This document shows positions 1 through 10,550 of a stretch of 64,000 bases of DNA, one piece after another. Location: assembly GCA_963921275.4 (NCBI GenBank), contig OZ001293.3:4704001-4768000 (forward strand), read 5' to 3'. This stretch comes from an uncultured Hormoscilla sp. GTDB lineage: Bacteria > Cyanobacteriota > Cyanobacteriia > Cyanobacteriales > Desertifilaceae. Position 1 is the stretch's first letter. Every line of letters begins with the position of its first letter. The notes under the pieces were generated by a model, which worked only from the letters and a program-made list of their open reading frames with translations, searched no databases and was not told where the DNA came from. The position numbers were made by a program, and so were the translations under genes.

Positions 1-605
1 TGTGTTACTGTTGCAAACCTTAGAGAAGTAAGTTGTTCTTCTACCGATCGCTCATTTTCGGCAATAATTTCCCTTGGTAAAGATGCTGGCAGATAAGTTC
101 TTCTAAAAAGTTCTAAATCTAGGTCTTCTATTGTAGCATATGATAAGGGTCGCAGATCGAAGGGTAAATCCTTAGACCGTCTTTTTTCTGCCAGACGACG
201 CTCTTCTTCTATTGTAGCAGTTGCTCTGCGCGGACCTACGCGCACCCAAACTCGTCCGTTAAAGCGCACCGGAGGCGCGTCAGATGGTTGGACGATCGCC
301 ACTGCTAGTTCGCAACCGCCTAGATTACGTTTCTGGACTGTCATGGAGGGAAAAGGTAAGATATTCCCATCCGATCGCATATCTGAGAGGATGAGTAAAA
401 GCTGATCGGTAATTGTCTGGTTAGCACAACTGCCGTCGTCATTAACTCCAATAAACAGGACTCCTGGTTGTTGGTGATTTGGCAAGTCGTTAGCAAAAGC
501 ACAGATCGCCTGACGGATTTTACTTTGGTCAGATATCGAACCTTTACGTTCCACCCGATCTGATTCTAGATCCTTCAGGAGGTTTTCTAACTCCTGGTCT
601 TCCAT
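1..605 (-). CDS. AlbA_2/Schlafen-like domain ATP-binding protein (runs off window edge)
   Basis: Manual translation from ATG at 605: MEDQELENLLKDLESDRVERKGS...AICAFANDLPNHQQPGVLFIGVNDDG, typical of the AlbA_2 N-terminus. Confidence 0.7.
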   Translation of the reverse strand, partial: MEDQELENLLKDLESDRVERKGSISDQSKIRQAICAFANDLPNHQQPGVLFIGVNDDGSCANQTITDQLLLILSDMRSDGNILPFPSMTVQKRNLGGCELAVAIVQPSDAPPVRFNGRVWVRVGPRRATATIEEERRLAEKRRSKDLPFDLRPLSYATIEDLDLELFRRTYLPASLPREIIAENERSVEEQLTSLRFATVT

Positions 606-676
606 CTGTCCTCCTCCTATCTACTGCATACCCATATTACCGGTTGTGGCAATGGGGATGGAACGCGATCGCATCC

Positions 677-1459
677 TCATTCGCCTAACCCAGCTGACCG
701 CAATGCCTGGGTCATCATCTCTTCTAATTGTAGCATCTTTGCCCAGCTAGCCAGATAGTCAAAATCAAGTGATTCCCCCTGAACCTTCAGCACTCCTAAA
801 ATATCACGCCACTGGCGATCGGACATATTCTCCATCCGATCCAAAATTAGCTTTTGCAAAATGATGTCTTCTGCTGATGCCAACCAAATCGAGCGATCGG
901 GGGATATCTCCAACCGCTGACGGCGCTGCATTTCCGACTGTGCCAAGGGTTCTTGCTTGTCAAGCACGAAAATATCTACTTTCTGCATGCTGTCTAGATG
1001 GATGATATTAAAAGAGGATTTCCCGGCAATTGCTGCTGTTACCATCATCTCATCAATATAGAATCCCTCGATTGTGGCTGCTATTAAAGACTGCACTTGG
1101 TTTTGCTGTAAATCGGCCACCAGATCTACATCTAGGGTAGCACGCGGTTCCCCCCAAATTGAACTGGCGACGGAACCGCCTATTAAGTAGGCAATTCCTA
1201 GACTCTCCAAAATCTCTGCCATTCTTAATGCTAACCCGATAGATTCAGCATCCATTATTTTCCTCTCATTATCTCGTTCCAGTCGATCGGCTATTTCTTT
1301 GCCCAACCATCTGACCGCTAGCTGCAAGCGGATCTCTGCTGGGGTAGCATCAGGATATTGATTTCGGATTCCAATTAGGGCCCATTGTTGAATTCTTTTA
1401 GTTACTTTGTCAATTAAATTCGCTTTGGCGATCCCAGGCATTTCCCGAAAAGCCTGCAA
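677..1459 (-). CDS. Nucleotidyltransferase-fold protein with an N-terminal small domain in the same frame
   Basis: GGSVASSIWGEPRATLDVDLVADL (GS...DxD NTase motif); an internal Met near 1255 could be a separate start. Confidence 0.6.
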   Translation of the reverse strand: MQAFREMPGIAKANLIDKVTKRIQQWALIGIRNQYPDATPAEIRLQLAVRWLGKEIADRLERDNERKIMDAESIGLALRMAEILESLGIAYLIGGSVASSIWGEPRATLDVDLVADLQQNQVQSLIAATIEGFYIDEMMVTAAIAGKSSFNIIHLDSMQKVDIFVLDKQEPLAQSEMQRRQRLEISPDRSIWLASAEDIILQKLILDRMENMSDRQWRDILGVLKVQGESLDFDYLASWAKMLQLEEMMTQALRSAGLGE

Positions 1460-1718
1460 GAGAAATCTTTCTATTTCTGGATGGGTATCTGCTGATTGGG
1501 GCTGGTATCTTGCTGGATCTCAAATTAAGTTGAAAAAGTTGGAAGCTAAAACCAAACCTGTGTCTGAAGTTCCAATAAATCCCATATTTGAAACCAGATT
1601 TAGACCACTTTATAATGCTATTTTCAGTTTACTAATGTGTGACTATGAAAAATAATAGGACAAATCTCTGAATTTTCGGAAGCAAATAGCTTGAGTCAAG
1701 TCTGTAAGCCTTTGCCTA

Positions 1719-2021
1719 CTAACCGGTGGTTCGTGCTCTTGGGTGCGGGGCGATCGCCTCTTTGGAAGGAACTGAGGGATCGTCGCTATGGGTATAACCG
1801 TAGATTACGTACAAACCGATGTTCATCAGATGTTCTACGGTTTCGATCATGTAGTCTCGAAATCTCTCGTCATAGGGCACCTCAAATTTATGTACTTCTT
1901 TCGTCAGGCGGGCGAAACTCCGCCCATCTAACCGGGCTACCATATATATTCCTGGAAGGACGCAGTGGTCGTGGGCCGTTTCATAGACCCGCATTTTGGC
2001 ATCTAATTCGTCAAATTTCAT
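1719..2021 (-). pseudogene. Truncated tRNA(His) guanylyltransferase Thg1-like protein
   Basis: MRVYE...ARLDGRSF...PYDERF...YGYTHSDD matches the Thg1 N-terminus; similarity ends after about 80 aa. Confidence 0.7.
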
Positions 2022-2027
2022 TTGAGA

Positions 2028-5006
2028 TCAATTCTGCAAAACCTGCTTTAAATATAGCCCAGTATAAGAGTTGGGATTCTCTGCCACTTCTTCGGGGGTG
2101 CCCACGGCAATTATCTCTCCGCCATTATCGCCCCCTTCTGGTCCTAAGTCAATTACCCAGTCGGCACAGCGAATCACATCTAAGTTATGTTCGATGACAA
2201 TAATCGAATTTCCTTTATCTACTAACCGCTGCAAGACATTTAACAGTTGATGGACATCATAAAAGGATAAACCCGTCGTCGGTTCGTCGATTAAATAGAG
2301 AGTCTTACCCGTGGCCCGACGGGATAACTCTGAGGCTAATTTCATCCGTTGTGCTTCCCCGCCGGAAAGGGTGGGGGCGGGTTGTCCTAACTGTATATAT
2401 CCTAACCCGACATCGACTAATGTTTGCAATTTTTTGGCAGCTTTGGGGATGTTTTCAAAGATTGATAATGCTTCTTCTACTGTCATGTCCAAAACGTCGG
2501 CGATCGCATGTCCTTTGTATTTCACTTGCAGGGTTTCCCGGTTGTATCGCGCCCCTTTACAAACTTCGCATTGTACGTAGACATCGGGCAGGAAGTTCAT
2601 CGAGATGATATTTATCCCTTGTCCGCTACAAGCTTCGCATCGGCCTCCTTTGACGTTAAAGGAAAATTGTCCCGGTTTGTAACCTCTTGCTTTTGCTTCA
2701 ATGGTTTCGGCAAATATGCCTCGAATGAGATCAAATACTCCTGTATAGGTGCCTGGGTTGGAACGGGGCGTTCTGCCAATGGGTGATTGGTCGATCGCGA
2801 TCGCCTTATCGATCGCCTCTATTCCTTGCAACCGCTTCATGTGCTTGGGGAAGGGAACTTTGCGGGTGAGATGATGTTGCAAGGTTGGGTAAAGTAACTC
2901 GTTAATTAAGGTCGATTTTCCCGAACCGGAAACTCCGGTAATGCTGACCAGTTTCCCTAGGGGGATTTCTACATTGATGTGCTTGAGGTTATTTTTGTGG
3001 CAATCTTGCAAACGCAGCGATCGCCCATTTCCTTCTCTTCTGTTCTTGGGCGTTTCAATAACTCGCCTCCCGGACAAATAAGCACCGGTCAGGGACTCTT
3101 CTGATGCTTGCAAATCTTGGAGAGTTCCTTGGACGACAATATTGCCCCCATGTACTCCCGCGCCGGGACCGATATCTACCAGGCGATCTGCTGCACGAAT
3201 GGTTTCTTCATCATGTTCTACTACAATTAAAGTATTGCCCAGATCCCGAAGTTTAATTAGGGTTTGCAGCAGACGCTGATTATCTCGTTGATGCAACCCG
3301 ATACTGGGTTCATCCAAAACATAGAGGACTCCCGTGAGTCCGGCACCAATTTGGGTGGCCAGGCGAATGCGCTGCGCTTCCCCTCCAGATAGGGTGGTGG
3401 CCGCCCGATCGAGTGTCAGGTAATCTAAACCCACGTCCAGGAGAAATCGCAGTCTCGCCGTAATTTCTTTGAGTGCCAATTCCCCAATTTTCGCCTGACG
3501 GGGGGAAAGATTTAGCTTGTTAATCCGTTCCAGACATTCGCCGATGGAAACCTTGGTAAGGTCCTGTATTCTCTCCTGTCCTAATCTTACCGCTAGGCTG
3601 GCGGGTTTGAGTCGCAATCCTTGACATTCGGCACAAGGTTTATTGATTAAATATTGTTCCAGCTTTTGCTTTTGCAATTCGGAACCCATTAACTTATACT
3701 GCCGGTCCAGCATGGGGATAACCCCTTTATACAAACCGTAGTAACCGCGATCTTCTTCTTCATCCACAGCAGTGTAAATGTAGATTTCCTCCTTGCTGCC
3801 ATAGAGGATAATCTCCTCTTGTGCTGCTGTTAGCTGGTTCCAGGATGTTTCCATTTCAAATCCATATTCTTCTGAAAGGCTGTAGAGTAGGGACAGATAA
3901 TAACTACTATCTTTCTCTACCCAAGGGGCGATCGCGCTATAGACGGGGGCATCGGGATAGGGCACGATTAATTCTGGAGAGAAGGTCCGCAAGCTACCCA
4001 AACCGTGACAATTTGGACAGGCCCCGTGGGGAGAATTAAAGGAAAACAGTCGCGGGGATAATTCTTCCATGACCGCCCCATGTTCGGGACAAGCAAAGTT
4101 TTCCGAAAAGACTATCGTTTCGTTCTCGTCTGAGTCCTCATTCAGGATTTCAATAATTGCCAGTCCCGACCCCTGACCCAGACAGGTACTCAAAGAGTCA
4201 TGCAACCGTTCGGTTATTTCCGGTTTCTTGATCAGGCGATCGACTACTATTTCAATGTTGTGAGTCTGATTTTTATTTAACTGGATATTTTCGTCTAGGC
4301 GCAGGACCTCCCCATCCACCCGGACTCTGACGAAACCTTGAGAAGCGAAGGATGAAAGTAACTTCTGGAAACTCCCCTTTTTGCCCCGGACTACCGGGGC
4401 CAGGATTTGGAAACGGGTTCCCTCGGGCAGGGTCATCACCCGATCACACATTTGGTCGATAGTTTCCGGCACAATAGATCGATCGCACTGAGGACAGTGA
4501 GGTTCTCCGACCCGCCCGAACAGTAGTCGGAGATAATCGTATATTTCTGTTACCGTTCCCACAGTCGATCGCGGGTTGTGGGAAGTAGACTTCTGGTCGA
4601 TAGAAATAGCCGGACTTAAACCCTCTATCGCATCTACATCGGGTTTATCCACTTGTCCCAGAAACTGCCGCGCGTAGGCGCTGAGAGATTCCACATAGCG
4701 GCGCTGTCCCTCGGCAAAGATCGTGTCGAAGGCCAGAGAAGATTTCCCCGAACCCGATACTCCTGTAAACACGATCAGGCGATCGCGGGGAAGTTCCAGG
4801 TCAATATTCTTCAGGTTATGCTGTCTGGCACCCCTTATTCTAATTGTATTCTCCCACTGTGTCCCCCCTTTTGTGCGGCTAGCGCACTGCGTATCCTGGG
4901 TAGTGCGAATAGCGCTCCCAGCATATGCAGCATCGGGGGACACAGTGGCGGCAGAATTTTCCTTGGCGGCGGGTAGTCGATCGGAAAGATTCACAAACTC
5001 TGACAT
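2028..5006 (-). CDS. uvrA: Excinuclease ABC subunit A, with a repeat-derived insertion near the N-terminus
   Basis: IRGARQHNLKN, two Walker A motifs GVSGSGKS, two LSGGEAQR signatures, zinc-finger cysteines. Confidence 0.97.
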   Translation of the reverse strand: MSEFVNLSDRLPAAKENSAATVSPDAAYAGSAIRTTQDTQCASRTKGGTQWENTIRIRGARQHNLKNIDLELPRDRLIVFTGVSGSGKSSLAFDTIFAEGQRRYVESLSAYARQFLGQVDKPDVDAIEGLSPAISIDQKSTSHNPRSTVGTVTEIYDYLRLLFGRVGEPHCPQCDRSIVPETIDQMCDRVMTLPEGTRFQILAPVVRGKKGSFQKLLSSFASQGFVRVRVDGEVLRLDENIQLNKNQTHNIEIVVDRLIKKPEITERLHDSLSTCLGQGSGLAIIEILNEDSDENETIVFSENFACPEHGAVMEELSPRLFSFNSPHGACPNCHGLGSLRTFSPELIVPYPDAPVYSAIAPWVEKDSSYYLSLLYSLSEEYGFEMETSWNQLTAAQEEIILYGSKEEIYIYTAVDEEEDRGYYGLYKGVIPMLDRQYKLMGSELQKQKLEQYLINKPCAECQGLRLKPASLAVRLGQERIQDLTKVSIGECLERINKLNLSPRQAKIGELALKEITARLRFLLDVGLDYLTLDRAATTLSGGEAQRIRLATQIGAGLTGVLYVLDEPSIGLHQRDNQRLLQTLIKLRDLGNTLIVVEHDEETIRAADRLVDIGPGAGVHGGNIVVQGTLQDLQASEESLTGAYLSGRRVIETPKNRREGNGRSLRLQDCHKNNLKHINVEIPLGKLVSITGVSGSGKSTLINELLYPTLQHHLTRKVPFPKHMKRLQGIEAIDKAIAIDQSPIGRTPRSNPGTYTGVFDLIRGIFAETIEAKARGYKPGQFSFNVKGGRCEACSGQGINIISMNFLPDVYVQCEVCKGARYNRETLQVKYKGHAIADVLDMTVEEALSIFENIPKAAKKLQTLVDVGLGYIQLGQPAPTLSGGEAQRMKLASELSRRATGKTLYLIDEPTTGLSFYDVHQLLNVLQRLVDKGNSIIVIEHNLDVIRCADWVIDLGPEGGDNGGEIIAVGTPEEVAENPNSYTGLYLKQVLQN

Positions 5007-5039
5007 AACTATGTGGTTTCTTTATTCATTTTCCAATAT

Positions 5040-5275
5040 ACCACAACTGATGGGATTCGGCAATCGCGATACGGCCCGCCAGGGGTTCAAAGAGCGACCA
5101 GGGGACACCGCCAGTATCTGCTATTAGCGGACTACCAGTCTGACGTTAACTGTCAGAAGTATCTGCCGCCTACCGAGACCGCGAGAGATGAACGCGGATG
5201 TCGATTCTAAATACAGCCCGGATGGGAAAATTTAAGGGCGAACGCGCAATTCTTGAGTATTGTCGATATCTCTGT
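5040..5275 (+). pseudogene. glgP: C-terminal fragment of glycogen phosphorylase, broken by repeats
   Basis: Fragments QYLLLADYQSDVNCQ and MSILNTARMGKF..ERAILEYC resemble the GlgP C-terminus; split over frames and interleaved with hairpin repeats. Confidence 0.6.
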
Positions 5276-5400
5276 CAGAGCTCTTGTCCCAGGGAACATA
5301 CGGCGCAGGAGACATCGAGTCGAGATATCTCGCCAGGGCAGCCAGTTAAGATTAACATCGGAGAGTACGTCCAAGCATCGGCTAGCTTAAAAACACAGAC

Positions 5401-5994
5401 ATGAACAATCAACCAAGTAAACTGATAGTGTTGACAGGACCGAGTGGAGTCGGCAAAGGAACATTAGTGTATCGGCTGCTGGAACGTCATCCACAACTAT
5501 TTCTGTCAGTTTCCATGACTACCCGTTCCCCCCGTCCTTGTGAAATTGAGGAGAAACATTATTACTTTGTCAGTCCCAGGGAGTTTGAGCAAAAGGTGGA
5601 GGCGTCCGAACTGCTGGAATGGGCTGAATATGCCGGTAACTACTACGGAACTCCCCGGCGAGTGGTAGAGGAGTTACTCCGACAAGGCAACTCAGTCCTG
5701 CTAGAAATAGAACTAGAAGGGGCCAGACAGATCGCCGCTAGTTTTCCAGAAGCCCTGAGAATCTTTATTTTACCGCCATCAATGTCCGAGTTAGAAAGAC
5801 GCCTGCGCCGCCGGTCCAGCGAAGACGATGGGGCGATCGCCCGACGCTTGGAACGGGCGATCGTCGAAATTGCCGCCGCCGATGAATTTAACCTGCAGAT
5901 TATCAACGACGATCTAGAAACGACCATAGCGGAGATCGAAGCCGTTCTCCACCAGAATTGCGTAGGACGGGCGTCCAGCCTGTCCGAGACGTAG
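5401..5994 (+). CDS. gmk: Guanylate kinase
   Basis: GPSGVGKGT P-loop, SMTTRSPRP, LEWAEYAGNYYGT. Confidence 0.95.
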   Translation: MNNQPSKLIVLTGPSGVGKGTLVYRLLERHPQLFLSVSMTTRSPRPCEIEEKHYYFVSPREFEQKVEASELLEWAEYAGNYYGTPRRVVEELLRQGNSVLLEIELEGARQIAASFPEALRIFILPPSMSELERRLRRRSSEDDGAIARRLERAIVEIAAADEFNLQIINDDLETTIAEIEAVLHQNCVGRASSLSET

Positions 5995-6245
5995 CGGGCG
6001 TCCCGCCTGTCCGTTATACCCGTCAAGCTAGGCCCAAAGCATACAAAAACACCTTTGGGCAACCTTACCCAAAGGCGAAAGATGTTGATTTGAGAAGTGT
6101 TCGGGAATTATATAGCCCTTAACAGTTTTTTGATGTATTTCCTCTGGACTCCCGAAACCAAGAGAGTATCAACAAAACCCACAAGGCTTTCGATGTCTCT
6201 GGGGAGCTCTACTCGCACTACCCCAGAGACATCGATGGCTAATTC

Positions 6246-6371
6246 CTATAGGGGATGGAACAGCAGGTCGGGGAAAAAGCGGTTAAACTCAATCAGAATA
6301 CCAGCCGTGATCGTCATCCAAACTGCCAGAATCACTGGCGCGAGGGAAAGATACTTGAGTAAATCCTGCAT
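6246..6371 (-). CDS. psaJ: Photosystem I subunit IX
   Basis: Manual translation [41 protein letters not shown] (41 aa), directly downstream of psaF. Confidence 0.95.
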   Translation of the reverse strand: MQDLLKYLSLAPVILAVWMTITAGILIEFNRFFPDLLFHPL

Positions 6372-6404
6372 GATTTATTCTCCAAAAAATACCACAAACA
6401 GAGA

Positions 6405-6899
6405 CTAGCGGGGGGAAATGGGGATTTCGTTGTCAGAGGCAAACATTTCACCAGAGACAATGTCTTTGAAAGCTGCTAAAGGCCACATAGGACCGGTTGC
6501 CACGCACTTGAGTGCCAAAGATACATCAATGATGATTTCTTTTTCTTCAGGGTTCTTCTCTGAGCGAATTGCCATCAGATAGGCCCGACCGACCCAACCA
6601 ATCCAACCGGTGATGTAGAGGAACAGAATGCTGGGAATCAGGAAATCACCAGCATGAGAGAAACGCCCATCCACAATCAGGTGGGGGAGTCCATCTTCGC
6701 CGCAGAGAGCTTGAGCATAACGATCGAACCGCGCCGCCCCGGAATTTGGGTCAGCGGTAGTATTCAGAGCATCTTCGGCCCGATCCTGAAACTCCTCTGA
6801 TTGACTGCACGGTACCAAACCGGCAATATCGGCAGTAGCCGCTGGGACGCAACCAACCCAGAGACTAACGATCAATAGTAGAGCAAACAATCGTCGCAT
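6405..6899 (-). CDS. psaF: Photosystem I subunit III
   Basis: MRRLFALLL signal peptide, [38 protein letters not shown] end. Confidence 0.95.
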   Translation of the reverse strand: MRRLFALLLIVSLWVGCVPAATADIAGLVPCSQSEEFQDRAEDALNTTADPNSGAARFDRYAQALCGEDGLPHLIVDGRFSHAGDFLIPSILFLYITGWIGWVGRAYLMAIRSEKNPEEKEIIIDVSLALKCVATGPMWPLAAFKDIVSGEMFASDNEIPISPR

Positions 6900-7027
6900 G
6901 GAATTGTTTCCTTTTGTTAAGAAATACCAACAAGGTGTGCTATGGAAAGGAATCATACTCGATCGCGGGATCGAAGTAAAGTTTAACTTTGTACAACAGC
7001 CAATCCATTCCCATAAATTACCAGATA

Positions 7028-8068
7028 ATGGCTACTATTCTAGCAATTGAAACCAGTTGTGACGAAACGGCGGTGGCAATCGTAAACAATCGTAACGTTT
7101 TAAGTAGCATCGTGGGACTGCAAAGTTATTTGCACCGGCCGTATGGTGGAGTAGTGCCGGAGGTGGCGTCGCGCCGTCACCTGGAAACGATCAATGGGGC
7201 GATCGCCCAAGGGTTGCAAGCAGCAGATCTAGACTGGTCTAGTATAGATGGAGTGGCAGCAACCTGCGCGCCAGGGTTGGTGGGGGCCCTGTTGGTGGGG
7301 TTAACGGCGGCGAAAACTCTGGCAATGGTGCATCAAAAGCCGTTTCTGGGAGTCCACCATCTGGAAGGACATATCTATGCTTCCTATCTGAATACGCCAG
7401 AGTTAACACCACCGTTCTTGTGTCTGCTGGTTTCTGGCGGTCACACCAGCTTGATTTACGTGCGCGATTGTGGTATGTATGAAACAATTGGGCAAACCCG
7501 GGATGATGCGGCCGGGGAAGCTTTTGATAAGGTCGCGCGGTTATTGGATTTGGGATATCCCGGCGGTCCGGCGATCGACTCCCTGGCCCGCGAGGGCAAT
7601 GGGCAAGCCTTTCGGCTAGCCGAAGGAAAGGTATCTCTGACAACCGGCGGCTATCATCCCTATGATTCCAGCTTTAGTGGCTTAAAGACAGCAGTATTGC
7701 GGTTGGTGCAGCAATTAAAGCAAGAGTCGGAGGAGTTGCCAGTTGCAGACATAGCGGCCAGCTTTCAGCATACTGTGGCCAAAGCACTAACCAAAAGGGC
7801 GATCGCCGCTGCCCTAGACTACGGACTGAATACCATTGCCGTGGGTGGGGGAGTGGCAGCTAATAGTGGTCTGCGCTATCATTTACAAGCTGCTGGGGCA
7901 AGTCATAATTTGCGGGTCTTGTTTCCACCCCGAGCATTATGTACTGATAATGCGGCGATGATTGCCTGTGCCGCAGCAGATCATCTCCAGCGCGGACATC
8001 AATCTCCCTTGACTCTGTCAGCCCAGTCCCGGATGGCGATCGGCACCGTCATGGACTTGTACCGATGA
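7028..8068 (+). CDS. tsaD: tRNA threonylcarbamoyladenosine biosynthesis protein TsaD
   Basis: [43 protein letters not shown]. Confidence 0.95.
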   Translation: MATILAIETSCDETAVAIVNNRNVLSSIVGLQSYLHRPYGGVVPEVASRRHLETINGAIAQGLQAADLDWSSIDGVAATCAPGLVGALLVGLTAAKTLAMVHQKPFLGVHHLEGHIYASYLNTPELTPPFLCLLVSGGHTSLIYVRDCGMYETIGQTRDDAAGEAFDKVARLLDLGYPGGPAIDSLAREGNGQAFRLAEGKVSLTTGGYHPYDSSFSGLKTAVLRLVQQLKQESEELPVADIAASFQHTVAKALTKRAIAAALDYGLNTIAVGGGVAANSGLRYHLQAAGASHNLRVLFPPRALCTDNAAMIACAAADHLQRGHQSPLTLSAQSRMAIGTVMDLYR

Positions 8069-8099
8069 CGGAAAACCAAAAATGTTATCAGCAAAAATG

Positions 8100-8460
8100 T
8101 CTGCCACAAAGTTGGCAGCGGCTTCGATATCTTCTGGGATCTCGATGTCTCCCGGTCGCTCGATGTCCCCCGGGGCGAGGTGTCTCCTGAGAGCGCTAAT
8201 CGCACAAAAGGGGAGACACCTCGCGCTAATCGCACAAAAGGGGGACATCGTAGTCGCACAACTCCGGGGAGACATCGTACCCGCACAAAAGAGAAGATAT
8301 CGCTGACTGACCGCATGACCGCGTCCTTGAGGTCAAAACCATGAAATTTGCGGTTATGAACCTCGCCATTGAGGTTTTGGACATGAAATTTTTGGTTATG
8401 AAGCTGACCCGCTGTTTTCCCCGAGAGCGCTACTGGCACAAAAGGGGGAACACAGAAGGT
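8100..8460. repeat. Cluster of hairpin repeats plus degenerate 21-bp repeats
   Basis: Repeated GCGCTAATCGCACAAAAGGGG(A/G)GACA motifs, also seen at 4854-4948 and 14640-14695; repeated ATGAAATTT/TTATGAA units at 8340-8402. Confidence 0.7.
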
Positions 8461-8523
8461 AAACGGGGTTTGGTGTAATCTCAAATGTACGTGATTGGGT
8501 CGTAGCCAAAAAGGAAAAAAGCA

Positions 8524-9147
8524 ATGAACGATACTACGGCATTCTTGTCGGGATGCGCGATCGCAGCAGTGGCAACCTTTGTCATCATGGATAAAGGGAA
8601 TAATCTCGATTGCGCCAACCGTGGCCTTGGCAGCAATGTGCCTTCTATGAATCAAACCCTGCCCCCCACTCCTCTGCCACCACCGCCATCGGTTAATCCA
8701 CAACAGCCCCAGGCCGATAGCCAATTACAACAGCAACTGACGGAAAATCAACAGCTAAAATCTCAGCTGCAGCAGCAAGGTACTGAGGTGGAACAGCTAA
8801 AATCTCAGCTGGATAAGCAATGGATGGAAACTCAACAGCTGCTGCTGCAAATGCAAGCCCAGCAGGGTAGGCCAAAAGCAGCGGATTCATCTTTGCCTGA
8901 TTCTCGCACGATCGTCCTCTGGGTGCTGGGAGCCTCTGTGCTTGTCCTGGGCATTGGTGGTAGCATCATTATTATAGTCGTGCTACTGGCTATGTTTGCG
9001 CAATCACAGCAGCGTTATTACCCCACGGCTCATGTGGTTCATCCCTTTAATGTAAGTTCTTCGCCGCGCCGCGTCTATGAACGCCAGTCTAGGTACTTAT
9101 TCCCCTATACTAAAGTTAGAGGAACCTCCGACCTGGATGATGATTAA
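8524..9147 (+). CDS. Cyanobacterial membrane protein with Pro-rich and Gln-rich coiled-coil region
   Basis: N-terminal hydrophobic segment, PPTPLPPPP, QQL heptads, C-terminal transmembrane helix. Confidence 0.6.
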   Translation: MNDTTAFLSGCAIAAVATFVIMDKGNNLDCANRGLGSNVPSMNQTLPPTPLPPPPSVNPQQPQADSQLQQQLTENQQLKSQLQQQGTEVEQLKSQLDKQWMETQQLLLQMQAQQGRPKAADSSLPDSRTIVLWVLGASVLVLGIGGSIIIIVVLLAMFAQSQQRYYPTAHVVHPFNVSSSPRRVYERQSRYLFPYTKVRGTSDLDDD

Positions 9148-9201
9148 TGTTGTTAGTTGTTAGTTGACCACCGACCACTGACCACTGATCACTGATCACT
9201 T

Positions 9202-10550
9202 TCAATCAAAAGGTCTGTATTCTATACTGAAATATAAGCCATTTTCTTGTAAAGTTCTCCGATTTTGCAGGAGATTCCCCAAGGGGATACCCCAATCAAA
9301 ACGTGCTGTCAACTTGCGTGCTACTTCCAAGCGCAAACCCATCCCTACGGAATAGAGATTGTTTGGTTCTGGGTTGGCCCGATCGCTATTCCAGCCCGTA
9401 CCTATTTCAAAGAATGGTGTAAACTGCAAAACTGTATCCCATTCTGAAATTCGGCAGATCGGGAGGCGGGCTTCTACGGAGGCAAAAATGCCATTATCGG
9501 CGAGGATGGCATCCTGACGATAGCCCCGGACGCTGTTTATGCCCCCCAAGCCAAACTTTTCGATCGGCAGTAATGTTTCTGGTGCCAGTTGCACGTCCGC
9601 TCTTAATAATAGGGCTGCATCTCGTCCCAGCACGCGCAAATATTGTAGCTGACCCCGCCAAGAAAAGAACCGACTGTCCGGAGGTTCGTCGTTGACCGTA
9701 GCTGCAAAGGCACCTATTCCTACCGAAAATTGCGATCGGACTGCGAATACTTCTTCCCGTCCCCGGTCCGTCCATTGTTGAAAGAAGCGGATAGCGGTAA
9801 CTCTGGTTTCCCCATCCTTATTCGCTCCCGGAGATAGAGGGAAAGGTGCGTCCAGTAGTCGCGTGTCACTCTCTCTTCTGGCAGCTATTAACCCTAGGGC
9901 CAATTCTTTGGTAGGAGTTTCAATCAGCGGTTGGCGATAACTGATTTCATAGTCCCGGGAGTTTGACTCGATATCCAACTGGTCAAATGGTTCCTCAAGC
10001 ACTTCGATCTCTGAGCTTTTGAAGAATAATCCCAAAGTTCCATTGCTAGCATTAATTGGTATCCTGTAGCTAGCTTCATCCAGGGCGTTGCTACCATCTG
10101 TGTTAGTATAGCTGAGGGTTAGGGCGTCCCCCAGTCCTAATAAAGAAGCCTCCCTGAGGAGCACTTGACGCCGATCTGTTCCTACACTTGGTACCCGCCC
10201 GTTATCCAGTGTCAATACTGTCGAAAATGTTGGTGCTGATGTCACCTCTATTTCTAACAGGCTAGTACCGCTACGGGTTCCCGCTGCCAACTCTGCCGAC
10301 AGATTTTCGATCAGCGGGTTTAGTTGCAGCAATTGCAGCGCTTGCACTGATCTATCTACCTGTAGAGGGGTTTTCGCTCCCAATTCTACCCGACTGCGGA
10401 CGTAACCCGGGTGCAGTCGCCCTTTCACCTGCACATCTATCTCTTCTACTTTTCCTATAACTGCTATTTCCACTACTCCCTCTTGCATAGTTTGGGGCGG
10501 TAGGAATGCCCCTGAGGTGATGTATCCCCGATCGACGTAGTATTTAGTGA
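9202..10550 (-). pseudogene. ShlB/FhaC/HecB (TpsB) outer-membrane transporter, N-terminally truncated
   Basis: Upstream YYVDRGYITSGAFLPPQ POTRA remnant, VRGY motif, C-terminal ENGLYFSIEYRPF; no signal peptide or full first POTRA domain. Confidence 0.75.

Noticed and set aside
7999..8724. 241-aa reverse-strand ORF
   Set aside because: Runs across a repeat cluster and overlaps two better-supported genes on the other strand
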